Shown here: positions 36,733-46,217 of the stretch, piece after piece
Position numbering within the stretch: position 1 is the stretch's first letter
How the letters are laid out: each line of letters opens with the position of its first letter
Origin: an uncultured Rhizobiaceae group bacterium
GTDB taxonomy: Bacteria > Pseudomonadota > Alphaproteobacteria > Rhizobiales > Rhizobiaceae
Assembly: GCA_938044775.1 (NCBI GenBank)
Contig: CALIOE010000039.1
Location: forward strand, 1,200-65,199
Direction of reading: 5' to 3'
DNA: 64,000 nucleotides
Notes under the pieces: generated by a model
The model's database searches: none
What the model was told of the DNA's origin: nothing
Seen by the model: only the letters and a program-made list of their open reading frames with translations
Translations under genes and position numbers: made by a program

Positions 36733-36738
36733 TGATGG

Positions 36739-37074
36739 ATGAACCTGGATGATAGACTCGACGCCGCTTTTTCGGCTTTAGCACACCCAACACGCCGAGC
36801 CATTCTGGCGCGTTTGGCACAGGGCAAGACGACTGTGAACGTCTTGGCGGAACCTTTTGAAATGTCGCTGCCCGCAGTTTCAAAACACATTCGAGTGCTT
36901 GAAAATGCCGGACTCATTAAACGCGAAAAGAATGCCCAATTTCGCCCTTGCACACTTGATGCCGGCCCCATCGAAGCAGTCGCCGACTGGACGGAAAAAT
37001 ACCGTCACATCTGGGAGGTCCGATTTAACACCATGGAAAATCTATTGGATAACATAAAGGAACAATCATCATGA
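36739..37074 (+). CDS. ArsR/SmtB family transcriptional regulator
   Basis: LSALAHPTRRAILARLAQGKTTVNVLAEPFEMSLPAVSKHIRVLENAGLIKREK is a winged HTH. Confidence 0.85.
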   Translation: MNLDDRLDAAFSALAHPTRRAILARLAQGKTTVNVLAEPFEMSLPAVSKHIRVLENAGLIKREKNAQFRPCTLDAGPIEAVADWTEKYRHIWEVRFNTMENLLDNIKEQSS

Positions 37075-37568
37075 GTGACCAACAGGACTGGGTACGCATT
37101 GAACGTGAATTCGACGCGCCGCTCCAATTGGTTTGGCAAATGTGGACCGATCCTGAGTTGTTCAAACAGTGGTATGGTCCCAACGGAATGTCTGTTCCCA
37201 CTGCGGAAATGGATGTCACTGTCGGCGGTGCGCGCAAGATATGCATGGCTATGCAATCGCCTGAGCGATCCATGTCGATGTGGTTCACAGGTCTCTACAA
37301 GGAGGTCAACGCACCGCACCGCCTCGTCTACACCGAAAGCATGTGTGATGAGGCTGGCAACATCATTCCACCACAGAGTATGGGGATGCCCGACGATTTC
37401 CCCGACATCACCGAAGTGACTGTAGAACTCAGCGAGGTGGGCGACAAAACCAGGATGATCATGGTGCATGTTGGTGTTGTCGAAGGCACCGCAGGCGCGG
37501 GCGGCTGGAACCAGGCGTTTGACAAACTCGTCGTTTTGCTTGGGGCGCAACTGCCGGTGGGAGGCTAA
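37071..37568 (+). CDS. SRPBCC (AHSA1/Aha1-like) domain protein
   Basis: Its ATGA start overlaps the ArsR stop, the classic ArsR-SRPBCC pair. Segment REFDAPLQLVWQMWTDPELFKQWYGP. Confidence 0.85.
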   Translation: MSDQQDWVRIEREFDAPLQLVWQMWTDPELFKQWYGPNGMSVPTAEMDVTVGGARKICMAMQSPERSMSMWFTGLYKEVNAPHRLVYTESMCDEAGNIIPPQSMGMPDDFPDITEVTVELSEVGDKTRMIMVHVGVVEGTAGAGGWNQAFDKLVVLLGAQLPVGG

Positions 37569-37569
37569 A

Positions 37570-38151
37570 GTGCGCGAGCTGGCAATCCTTGTTTTTGTAA
37601 CACTCGATGGTGTGATGCAGGCACCGGGTTCACCCGAAGAAGACCCATCAGGGGGTTTTAAACATGGCGGATGGGCCGCTCCGTACTGGCAAGGGGTGAT
37701 GCCTCATGTGGAACAAGCAGCTATGTCCGAGCAATACGACATTCTGTTCGGGCGCAAAACCTATGATCTTTTTGCGGGACACTGGCCGAACGCTGCAAAA
37801 TCGAAAGCATCTGAAAGGCTTAACAACGCAGAGAAATATGTCGCGACATCCACGCCACTTACCACTGAATGGCAGAAATCCCATACGATCACGGGCGACC
37901 TTGTGGGCGAAATAAACGAGCTGAAGTCGTATGACGGCCCATTGCTTCAGGTCCACGGCAGCGCGCGCCTGATCCAGTCATTGATGAAGCATGATCTGAT
38001 AGACGAGTTTCGGATCTGGACTTTCCCGGTTCTGGTCGGTGCCGGAAAGCGATTGTTCGAAGTTTCCCATCCGCCTCTGGGCCTAAGACTGACGACATGT
38101 GAGGGCCTCGCCAATGGCGTTGTGTCGAACTTCTATCGGAGAGATGTTTGA
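37570..38151 (+). CDS. Dihydrofolate reductase-like (RibD C-terminal domain, YyaP-type) protein
   Basis: The GTG start lies 2 nt after the SRPBCC stop, with a GGTGGGAGG SD. Segments RELAILVFVTLDGVMQAPG...FGRKTYDLFAGHW...LLQVHGSARLIQSL. Confidence 0.8.
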   Translation: MRELAILVFVTLDGVMQAPGSPEEDPSGGFKHGGWAAPYWQGVMPHVEQAAMSEQYDILFGRKTYDLFAGHWPNAAKSKASERLNNAEKYVATSTPLTTEWQKSHTITGDLVGEINELKSYDGPLLQVHGSARLIQSLMKHDLIDEFRIWTFPVLVGAGKRLFEVSHPPLGLRLTTCEGLANGVVSNFYRRDV

Positions 38152-38237
38152 TCCAGTTTTGCGCTGAAGCGGACCTCGGTTAAGCGCGCAGCATATGGTA
38201 ACCCGGGCTCAATGCGGCAATTCAGTGTTCCTCAAAG

Positions 38238-39053
38238 GGCAGTGTCATAGGAAGCCAGTTTGAGACGGGGCGGGCGGTTTCGTGTCTTCACTGAATGAAA
38301 AAGCGCTCCCCATTTCGATACTTCAAAACCGGTTCAGAGATCGTCCGTCTAGTTGTCATAATGTATGGCAGGTTCCCACTTTCGCTTCGAAATGGTGAGG
38401 ATCTGCTGCACCAGCGCGGCATCGAAGTCAGCCCCGAGACGGTTCGGTTCCGGTGGATCAGATTCGGCCCAATATTTGCTTCCGAGATCCGCAGGAAGCA
38501 GGTCCAGGAGCTACGTTAATACTCAAACTGGCGTGAGCTCCGCGACGAGGTCATCGTGAAGATCAATCGAGAAACGCGCTACCTCTGGCGTGCCGTGGAC
38601 CATGAGGGTGAAGTTCTGGAACGCTACTTCACAAAGCGTCGTGATCGGAGAGCTGCGTTGAAGTTCTTCAAAATATCCATAGAACGCTATGGGCGGCCGG
38701 AAGTTGTCGTCACAGACAAGCTGCGGTCCACCCATGCTGCGATGAAGGTTCTCGATAACACCGACAAGCAAGCAACTGGTCGGTGGTGAAACGACCGGGC
38801 GGAGAACCCGCACCACCCGTTTTGACGAAGAGAATGCTCAATACTTGGCTTTACACAGATCGGTACTTTGCAGAAATTCGGGTCTGTCCAGTCCTCGATC
38901 CACAAACACTTTAGTCAAGTATGCCGTCTCTTAGGCCGCGACAACTTCAGGGTCAGCCGCAATGTCGCATTGGACGAATGGCGGCGGATCATTGCCGACC
39001 AGGATGATCGGCCTGCCCCACATCATGGCCTTCTAGTTTCTTCTGACAGTACC
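38238..39053 (+). mobile_element. IS6-family insertion sequence (~816 bp) with a decayed transposase
   Basis: Left IR is GGCAGTGTCATAGGAAGCCAG. The reverse complement of the right IR is GGTACTGTCAGAAGAAACTAG. The length is typical of IS6/IS26-like elements. The right end lies 15 bp from the tRNA-Gln 3' end. Confidence 0.8.
38295..39030 (+). pseudogene. IS6-family (DDE) transposase pseudogene
   Basis: The reading frame is split across at least three frames. These are the N-terminal HTH part (FRYFKTGSEIVRLVVIMYGRFPLSLRNGEDLLHQRGIEVSPETV), the core (INRETRYLWRAVDHEGEVLERYFTKRRDRRAALKFF...VVVTDKLRSTHAAM) and the C-terminal part (LQKFGSVQSSIHKHF...). Stops fall at 38517 and 38787, with further stops downstream. 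Confidence 0.75.
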
Positions 39054-39068
39054 ATTGGGGTGACTGGC

Positions 39069-39142
39069 TGGCTGGGGATCCTGGATTCGAACCAGGACCG
39101 ACGGAGTCAGAGTCCGCTGTACTACCGTTATACTAATCCCCA
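39069..39142 (-). tRNA. tRNA-Gln (anticodon CUG)
   Basis: The 74-nt minus-strand sequence is TGGGGATTAGTATAACGGTAGTACAGCGGACTCTGACTCCGTCGGTCCTGGTTCGAATCCAGGATCCCCAGCCA. It folds into a cloverleaf with a 7-bp acceptor stem, anticodon loop CU-CUG-AC, T-loop TTCGAAT, discriminator G and an encoded CCA. Confidence 0.9.
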
Positions 39143-39326
39143 ACGGCTGCAGATCCGATCCTTGGCCCGGACTGCGTGCGTGGCTTCTAGGCACTGGGGT
39201 GAGGCAGGTCAAGGGTATTGACGGGGCGATTTCAGGAGCTTTTCGAAAGTGCTTGTTAAGCGTGTTATCAGTGATAAACTTCTCCCAACTGAAATATAAG
39301 GTCTTGCCAGACCGTGCTCCTGCGAC

Positions 39327-40904
39327 TTGTCGTTCAGGCGGGCACAGCGGCAGGACGTGGTAATACCGGTGTCCGATGACAAGGCGGGAGATGCGTCTCC
39401 CGAACGGCCGGAACAGAATGTCGGTGCTCTGCATGATCAATCCGTAGACAAAACGGATGACGCGGGTACCAGGAAGCGTCGAAAGAACCGCCGAAGGCGG
39501 AAAAAACGAACTTCCAATGGCGTTCAGGCCGACATGGCAGGAGCTTCTTCAGGGCAGTCCAATGCCGACACCCGAGTTGCGACCGAAGCCCACGCACCAG
39601 CACCATCTGACCCGATTCCGCAGGCTTCCAACGGCAACGGTGTCGACGCTCTTGATCAGCCGCGTCGAAACAAGCGATCAAGACGCCGGCGCCGTCGGGG
39701 TAAGAAGCAGGCTGAACATTCTGCTCCAGCAGCGGTCGAGACAGGCCCAGGTGTCAACGCGCGGGACCGAAATCGACGTAAGGCGGAAGGCGACGGCAAC
39801 TCAGACGACGCCAACCGGGCAGCCGAACCGCGCTCAGGATTGCAGCAACAGCAATCGCACGGTTCCGCAAATGCCCGGACGCGCCGACCCACCAATGCCT
39901 ATGCTGCGCTTGATCTGGGAACCAATAATTGTCGGCTGCTGGTCGCCATTCCTCAGCAGCCCGGGCGATTCAAAGTAATAGATGCCTTTTCACGTATTGT
40001 GCGTCTCGGCGAAGGGCTGGCTGCTTCCGGCCGATTAAGCGACCCGGCAATGGACAGAGCCGTCGAAGCACTAAAAGCCTGTGCCACAAAACTCGGCAAC
40101 CGCAAAGTTAAGGGAGTGCGGCTGATCGCGACCGAAGCCTGTCGCCGTGCAGAGAACGGAGAAGCGTTTCTTAATCGCGTCAGGGACGAAGCCGGGCTCG
40201 ATCTTGAAATTGTTGATCGTGAAACCGAAGCCAAGCTTGCAGTGGCAGGCTGTTGCTCTTTAGTTGATCGGCGGGCCTCAGGTGCAGTTCTGTTTGACAT
40301 CGGTGGCGGGTCATCTGAATTAGCCCTGCTGGACCTTCGCAACCGTCACAAGTTCGATCTTTCCAAGAACGTCGTTTCCTGGACATCGCTGCCCATGGGA
40401 GTTGTGACTCTCTCGGAGAAGCACGGCGGTGGTGAACTGGTCACCCGCGGCATCTTTAACGACATGGTGGACGAAGTTATTGATCACCTGAATGGTTTTG
40501 ACGGGCGAAATGCTCTTGATGAAGCAGCAGGCAGCGGCGAAATACATTTGCTCGGTACATCCGGGACCGTAACCACATTGGCCGGTATTCACCTCAAACT
40601 TCCACGCTACGACAGGCGGCGAGTTGATGGAACATGGATGGCCGCAGCTGAAGTTGATGCGATGATTGAAGAATTGCTCACAATGTCGTTCGAACAGCGT
40701 GTCGACAATCCGTGTATCGGCCGCAATCGGGCGGACCTGGTGCTTGCCGGATGCGCAATTTTGGTCGCCATTCAGAAACTTTGGCCGTGTCCGCGCCTGC
40801 GGGTTGCTGATCGTGGGTTGCGGGAAGGATTGCTGACCCAGATGATGAACGCAGACAATGCGTGGCAACGGCGCCCCAACCGTTTCCGCAACCGGAGTAA
40901 GTGA
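39327..40904 (+). CDS. Ppx/GppA family phosphatase with a long polybasic N-terminal extension (start uncertain)
   Basis: The core begins at residue ~191 ([17 protein letters not shown]...[14 protein letters not shown]...DIGGGSSEL...GTSGTVTT). The upstream 190 aa are low-complexity with two R/K tracts. Confidence 0.8.
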   Translation: MSFRRAQRQDVVIPVSDDKAGDASPERPEQNVGALHDQSVDKTDDAGTRKRRKNRRRRKKRTSNGVQADMAGASSGQSNADTRVATEAHAPAPSDPIPQASNGNGVDALDQPRRNKRSRRRRRRGKKQAEHSAPAAVETGPGVNARDRNRRKAEGDGNSDDANRAAEPRSGLQQQQSHGSANARTRRPTNAYAALDLGTNNCRLLVAIPQQPGRFKVIDAFSRIVRLGEGLAASGRLSDPAMDRAVEALKACATKLGNRKVKGVRLIATEACRRAENGEAFLNRVRDEAGLDLEIVDRETEAKLAVAGCCSLVDRRASGAVLFDIGGGSSELALLDLRNRHKFDLSKNVVSWTSLPMGVVTLSEKHGGGELVTRGIFNDMVDEVIDHLNGFDGRNALDEAAGSGEIHLLGTSGTVTTLAGIHLKLPRYDRRRVDGTWMAAAEVDAMIEELLTMSFEQRVDNPCIGRNRADLVLAGCAILVAIQKLWPCPRLRVADRGLREGLLTQMMNADNAWQRRPNRFRNRSK

Positions 40905-40908
40905 TCTG

Positions 40909-41634
40909 ATGGCCAAAAAAACCGGCGGCAAGGGGGGTGGGAAAACGCCGGGTAGCAGCGGACGCACGCTCAACATCCGCAACATGCACACCAAGGTGAA
41001 GTCCGCCCGCGGGCGCAAGATCTCGTCGACCCTTTGGCTGCAAAGGCAATTGAACGATCCCTATGTACAGCGTGCCAGGGCAGAGGGCTATGCGTCGCGC
41101 GCCGCCTATAAACTTCTGGAAATTAACGAGCGTTATGAGATTTTAAAACCGGGCCAGCGCGTAGTGGATTTGGGAGCTGCCCCTGGCGGGTGGTGCCAGG
41201 TTGCTGTCAACGCGGTCGGCTCGACTGCTGATGACATGCGGGTGGTCGGAATTGACTATCTTGATATGGACGCTGTGCCGGGTGCGACGATCCTGAAAAA
41301 GGATTTTCTCGACGATGACGCGCCCGATATGCTGCTGGAGGCACTTGGCGGTCACAAGCCCGATCTGGTGATTTCCGATATGGCCGCCCCGACCATTGGC
41401 CATCGTCGTACCGACCACATACGCACCATGGCGCTGGTGGAAGTGGCCCTGGATTTCGCCCTGCAGGTGCTGCCTCCGGGCGGGCATTTCCTGACGAAAA
41501 CTTTCCAGGGTGGCACTGAACAGGGACTTCTCGATCTGATGAAGAAGAATTTTGGCGCTTCCCACCACGTCAAACCGCCTGCCAGCCGCGACGGTTCGGT
41601 CGAGCTCTACCTGCTCGCCAAAAACCGGAAGTAG
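40909..41634 (+). CDS. rlmE: 23S rRNA (uridine2552-2'-O)-methyltransferase RlmE (FtsJ)
   Basis: Segments [62 protein letters not shown] and FLTKTFQG. Confidence 0.9.
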   Translation: MAKKTGGKGGGKTPGSSGRTLNIRNMHTKVKSARGRKISSTLWLQRQLNDPYVQRARAEGYASRAAYKLLEINERYEILKPGQRVVDLGAAPGGWCQVAVNAVGSTADDMRVVGIDYLDMDAVPGATILKKDFLDDDAPDMLLEALGGHKPDLVISDMAAPTIGHRRTDHIRTMALVEVALDFALQVLPPGGHFLTKTFQGGTEQGLLDLMKKNFGASHHVKPPASRDGSVELYLLAKNRK

Positions 41635-41780
41635 CGCCGCTCACAATAAGTTAATGCCATCGTGTCTCGGCTTTGCCGCATTGCGGGAAATGCTTACCGG
41701 ACTAATTTGCATCGCTCTTCCTGCTTAGCACAACGCCCCGCACGATTGGCGTCCCGGTCGCCCCCAATACAAGAGCTTAT

Positions 41781-42777
41781 TTGTCCAACTCGTTCTCCCG
41801 CCGCAGCTTTTTTCAAACCATAACGGCGACAAATCTTGCGCTCGCCGCCCCCATGCTCATGACACGAACCGCTCGCGGTAAGGCCGAGATGCTGGGCCCA
41901 TCGCAGGCGACCCATCACCGGTTCAAGCTTGGTGAATTTGAGGTCACGACTTATTTGGACGCCTCACGCCCGGTCGATGGGCCACATCCCATTTTTGGGG
42001 AAGACCAGGAAGCTGCAGCCGTCGAAAAACGATGCAGGAAAACAACCTGCCTTCAAATCAGGCTGTGTTCTACTTCACGCCAGTGCTGATAAACATGGGT
42101 GCAGAGCTTGTTCTTTTGGACACCGGACCCGGTGGAGACAAGTGTCAGGTCGCTGCACGGATGGCGGACGCCGGCTAGACAACCGATCAGGTCGACACTG
42201 TCGTGCTGACGCATTTCCACCCCGATCACGTTTGCGGCCTGATGAAAGCGTGAAAGCCTGTATTAGAAAATGCCCGTTATGTTACCAGCGAGACGGAATT
42301 GGACTTCTGGACTGCAGATTCCGTTCAAACCGGAGCGACTGAAAGTGTTGCCAAACTGACGGCCGCCAACGTTGTGCCTCTGCACGGGAAAATCACCACG
42401 ATCAAGAACGAGGGTGAGGTTACATCAGGAATCCGAGGGCTGGCCTCCTTGGTCACACGCCCGGCCACACGGCGTATCACATTGAGAGCGACGGCCGACG
42501 CCTGCTGATCAACGCGGACGCGGCAAATCACTGTGTTGCGTTATTGCAGAGACCTGACTGGCGCGTGCGGTTTGATATGGACAAAGAAGCCGCCGCCGCC
42601 ACTCGTAAATCGTTGTTCGGCATGATTGCCAGTGATCGCATCCCGTTTACCGGTTACCACATGCCATTTCCCGCGGTCGGATATGTTGAGCACAAGGAAG
42701 TCGGATTCCGCTATGTGGCGGAAAGTTATCAACTCGATCTTCAGCGGCCTGGCACGAATGCCTCGCGTGTCCTTTGA
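41781..42777 (+). pseudogene. Tat-signal MBL-fold hydrolase pseudogene (paralogue of 24890..25885)
   Basis: The Tat signal (RRSFFQTITATNLALAAP) and MBL motifs (LTHFHPDHVCG, GHTPGHTAYHIE, FTGYHMPFPAVGYV) are spread over three frames. There are frameshifts near 42030 and 42445, and in-frame stops TAG at 42176 and TGA at 42251. Confidence 0.75.
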
Positions 42778-43985
42778 CTGCTGAGAAGAGTGCCTCTGGC
42801 ACTCTGACCGTCAAGCCCTTCAGAAGCTCGGCGTCTGGCACGGCGTTCGCGCAGCAGAGCAAAAAAGCCTTTGCGCTCGGTCTTTCTTTCCCCGGAACGG
42901 CGGGTGAAGCTGACAGATGCGATACGCCTGTCCGCGAGTTTCCTGTCTCGTTCTGAGCGGCGGGCAAGGGCGCGTTCGCGCCATCGAGCAAAGAATCCTT
43001 TGCGTGCAGGTCGCCTGATCGAGCCGGTCGTCGTCTTGTCGGTTCCGCGTCGGGCGGTGCGGGCCGCAGCCACACGTTTGAGGTGCTCGGCACGAGCTTT
43101 CTTTGCCACCCTGCGTTGGCGCCAGCAGGAGAAGAATCCACTGCAGGACGGGCGAGTGATGTTTATCTCCAACCTTCCCGAACCGGAACTTTTCGCCGGT
43201 GCGGGATTGAGCGCCGCAACCGGGGTGTCTTTGAGCCGCACTCCGCCACTGCGCAGATGTACAACCCTGTAACCGCCCTGTTTCAACCGCTGCAGGAGAG
43301 TCGGCAAAATGCTCGCGGTGCGGCCCTGAATGTCATGTAGCAGGATGACACCGCGTCTTTTCCGGCTAAGTTGACTCATGACTCTGGTCACAACAGCCGC
43401 CCCCGAACCGCCGCGCCAATCCAGGCTCAATATGCCGGCCGATATCGGGATGAGACCGTTGCGCTTTAAAATGCCGTCGACGGTGTTGCTGCGTGCAAGG
43501 TAAGGATAGCGAAACAGCCGGGTGCTGCGACGGCGATAGGAACCAAGCGCCCGGTTGACGGCTGCAATGCCGCGTTGAATCTCGGTGTTGGCAGCGGTCG
43601 GAGAGCGTTGAGCCAGATTTGCGTGGCTGTGCGTGTGATGCGCAATTGTGTGGCCGGCACGTGCCACTCGTTGGGCCACTGCCGGGTGAGCCTGAGCCAT
43701 GCGGCCGACCATAAAGAACGTGGCCTTCGTGCATTCGCGAGACAGGGCCGCCAGAACACGGGGTGTGTGCGCGCGGCTGGGTCCATCGTCAAATGTCAGC
43801 ACCACTTCACCATCCCGCAGACCAAGTCCCGCGCCGGGGCCAACACCCTTGTTTGCGCTGAACGAGTTCACTGAAATACTGCGTGATACCCCCAGGCATG
43901 CATAGGCCTGTGAGAATGTGGACATCGAGAAAAGGACAGAAAGAACAAAAACGGCTTTGTGAATCGAATACATGCGTATCGACAC
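42741..43985 (-). CDS. Polysaccharide deacetylase (NodB homology) with a C-terminal basic repeat region
   Basis: It has a signal peptide and NodB motifs (LTFDDGPS, HTHSHANL, LFRYPYL, ILLHD). Residues ~278-387 carry three copies of a [KS]GFF-x(3)-R-[EQ]R-rich repeat. Confidence 0.8.
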   Translation of the reverse strand: MSIRMYSIHKAVFVLSVLFSMSTFSQAYACLGVSRSISVNSFSANKGVGPGAGLGLRDGEVVLTFDDGPSRAHTPRVLAALSRECTKATFFMVGRMAQAHPAVAQRVARAGHTIAHHTHSHANLAQRSPTAANTEIQRGIAAVNRALGSYRRRSTRLFRYPYLARSNTVDGILKRNGLIPISAGILSLDWRGGSGAAVVTRVMSQLSRKRRGVILLHDIQGRTASILPTLLQRLKQGGYRVVHLRSGGVRLKDTPVAALNPAPAKSSGSGRLEINITRPSCSGFFSCWRQRRVAKKARAEHLKRVAAARTARRGTDKTTTGSIRRPARKGFFARWRERALARRSERDRKLADRRIASVSFTRRSGERKTERKGFFALLRERRARRRASEGLDGQSARGTLLSSQRTREAFVPGR

Positions 43986-44234
43986 CCCTCAAGAAGGTGG
44001 CTGTACACAATACGAATCAACCGATGCTAACTGACCGTCCACACTGGCGGGGTGCTGTTAACAAAACCTTTCTTTGCGTGGTCTGCGGCGGCCAAAAATA
44101 TCATCAACACGAAAGATGGGTTGCGCGTTCATGACCTCTTTCACATCTGCCGCACCCATGGTAGCGAACGGCGTCAAACACACCCATTCGTTCGCTCATC
44201 CATTCCCAGAGCGGACCAGTCAGGTTTGACCCCA

Positions 44235-45734
44235 ATGGCCGAAATTATTTCAACTGCCACAGGTGAACAGGCACTCACCTTCGACGACGTCCTTCTGCAA
44301 CCAGGGCATTCGGAGGTCATGCCCAGTCAGGTCGACATTTCGACCCGGCTCACCCATGACATTTCTCTGAACCTGCCCATCTTGTCTGCAGCGATGGACA
44401 CGGTAACGGAGTCCCAGTTGGCGATAGCCATGGCACAAGCCGGTGGCCTCGGGATTGTCCATCGGAATCTGACTCCTGAGGAACAGGCTGAGGAGGTTCG
44501 ACAGGTTAAGAAGTTCGAATCCGGCATGGTGGTGAACCCACTGGTTATCGGCCCTGATGCTACGCTGCAGGACGCCCTTGACCTGATGAGTGCAAACAAG
44601 ATTTCCGGTGTTCCGGTGGTTGAGAATGGTGGCAAGGGCGGGAACGCGACCGGCCGGCTCGTTGGTATCTTGACCAATCGCGATGTTCGATTCGCCTCTG
44701 ACCCTAAACAAAAAGTCTATGAACTCATGACCCGCGAAGGACTGGTCACGGTAAAAGAGGGCGTCGATCAGGAGCAGGCCAAAAGGCTGCTGCATCAGCA
44801 TCGGATCGAAAAGCTTCTGGTTGTTGACGGTAAAGGTCGCTGTACAGGTTTGATAACCGTCAAAGATATGGAGAAAAGCCAGCTCAATCCCAGTGCGACA
44901 AAGGATGAAAATGGCAGTCTCAGGGTCGGTGCGGCAACCACGGTTGGTCCTGATGGCTTCGAGCGGGCGGAAAGGCTGATCGAGGCCGGTGTGGACCTGT
45001 TGGTTATTGATACTGCTCACGGACACTCCCAGCGTGTTCTTGACGCCGTCGACCGTGTCAAAAGACTCTCAAACAACGTGCGGATAGCTGCGGGGAATGT
45101 GGCAACCCCGGCGGGTACGCAGGCTTTGATCGATGCTGGTGCAGATGTTGTGAAAATCGGCATTGGCCCTGGCTCCATATGCACCACTCGAATGGTCGCC
45201 GGCGTGGGTGTGCCCCAGTTGTCAGCAATAATGGGGGCGGTGGAAGCAGCTAATAAATCCGACATCCCGATCATCGCCGACGGCGGCATCAAGTATTCTG
45301 GTGACCTTGCCAAGGCACTCGCTGCCGGCGCTTCGGTTGTAATGGTGGGCTCGCTTTTGGCCGGGACTGATGAAAGTCCGGGAGAAGTCTATCTTCATCA
45401 GGGGCGCTCGTTCAAATCGTACCGGGGCATGGGATCGGTTGGCGCAATGGCGCGCGGATCTGCAGATCGATATTTCCAGTCGGAAGTGACAGACTCGCTG
45501 AAGCTGGTTCCTGAAGGAATTGAAGGGCAGGTGCCCTACAAAGGGCCGGTCGGTTCTGTGCTGCACCAGCTGGCAGGCGGATTGAAGGCCTCAATGGGTT
45601 ATGTTGGAGCCCCGACGCTGCCAGAGTTCGTTGAACGGGCAAAATTTGTCCGAATATCGAGCGCCGGACTGTCTGAGAGCCACGCCCACTCGGTCAGTAT
45701 CACGCGTGAAAGCCCCAATTATACCGGTCGATGA
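44235..45734 (+). CDS. guaB: IMP dehydrogenase
   Basis: Start [28 protein letters not shown]. It has a CBS pair, the catalytic loop [11 protein letters not shown], and GGIKYSGD. 499 aa. Confidence 0.95.
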   Translation: MAEIISTATGEQALTFDDVLLQPGHSEVMPSQVDISTRLTHDISLNLPILSAAMDTVTESQLAIAMAQAGGLGIVHRNLTPEEQAEEVRQVKKFESGMVVNPLVIGPDATLQDALDLMSANKISGVPVVENGGKGGNATGRLVGILTNRDVRFASDPKQKVYELMTREGLVTVKEGVDQEQAKRLLHQHRIEKLLVVDGKGRCTGLITVKDMEKSQLNPSATKDENGSLRVGAATTVGPDGFERAERLIEAGVDLLVIDTAHGHSQRVLDAVDRVKRLSNNVRIAAGNVATPAGTQALIDAGADVVKIGIGPGSICTTRMVAGVGVPQLSAIMGAVEAANKSDIPIIADGGIKYSGDLAKALAAGASVVMVGSLLAGTDESPGEVYLHQGRSFKSYRGMGSVGAMARGSADRYFQSEVTDSLKLVPEGIEGQVPYKGPVGSVLHQLAGGLKASMGYVGAPTLPEFVERAKFVRISSAGLSESHAHSVSITRESPNYTGR

Positions 45735-45749
45735 AAGCGAGATAGTTTC

Positions 45750-46214
45750 ATGGAAAGCCTGCTATTGCTCTGGACTTTTGCCCCTGACCTGAAGGTCAAA
45801 TTGCTGTTGCTGATCCTGGCTGGCCAAATGGGCCTCGCCATATATCTGTATATTCAGTTGTCAAAGGCCCGCATGGCCGCGGGAAAGGCTGGCCGGATTA
45901 CCGCCGATCTGTACAAAGCGACTGAAAATGAACCCGCAGATCTGCGTGTGTTTGCGCGTGCGGTGGCAAACCAGTTCGAGTTGCCCGTCATGTTCTATGC
46001 TCTGGTGGTGGCTGGTATCGCTGCCTCGATCAGCAGTTGGATTACCGTCATTCTCGCCGGCAGTTTTGTGGCACTGAGGATCGTTCACGCGCGCGAAATG
46101 ATAACCACAAATACTGTGTTGAAGCGCCGGAAAACTTTTTTTCGATCGGTCCAGGTGTTTTTGTTAATGCTGGTGGAGTTCGTACTATCCGCTGTTTTTA
46201 TTGCAGCGGCCTGA
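45750..46214 (+). CDS. MAPEG-family-like membrane protein
   Basis: 154-aa, 4-TM ORF. The segment RAVANQFELPVMFYAL...LRIVHA resembles MAPEG proteins. Confidence 0.55.
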   Translation: MESLLLLWTFAPDLKVKLLLLILAGQMGLAIYLYIQLSKARMAAGKAGRITADLYKATENEPADLRVFARAVANQFELPVMFYALVVAGIAASISSWITVILAGSFVALRIVHAREMITTNTVLKRRKTFFRSVQVFLLMLVEFVLSAVFIAAA

Positions 46215-46217
46215 GAG

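Noticed and set aside
38868-39221. 117-aa ORF spanning the IS end and the tRNA
   Set aside because: It is the C-terminal transposase remnant, which lacks a stop and runs through the right IR and across the antisense of tRNA-Gln. It is not a gene.
44250-45026. 258-aa minus-strand ORF, and similar long antisense ORFs at 49454..50062, 58570..59349, 40320..41018 and 48938..49417
   Set aside because: All are antisense to strongly conserved genes (guaB, guaA, SleB-like, ppx/rlmE). Their composition is not protein-like and they lack SD sequences.
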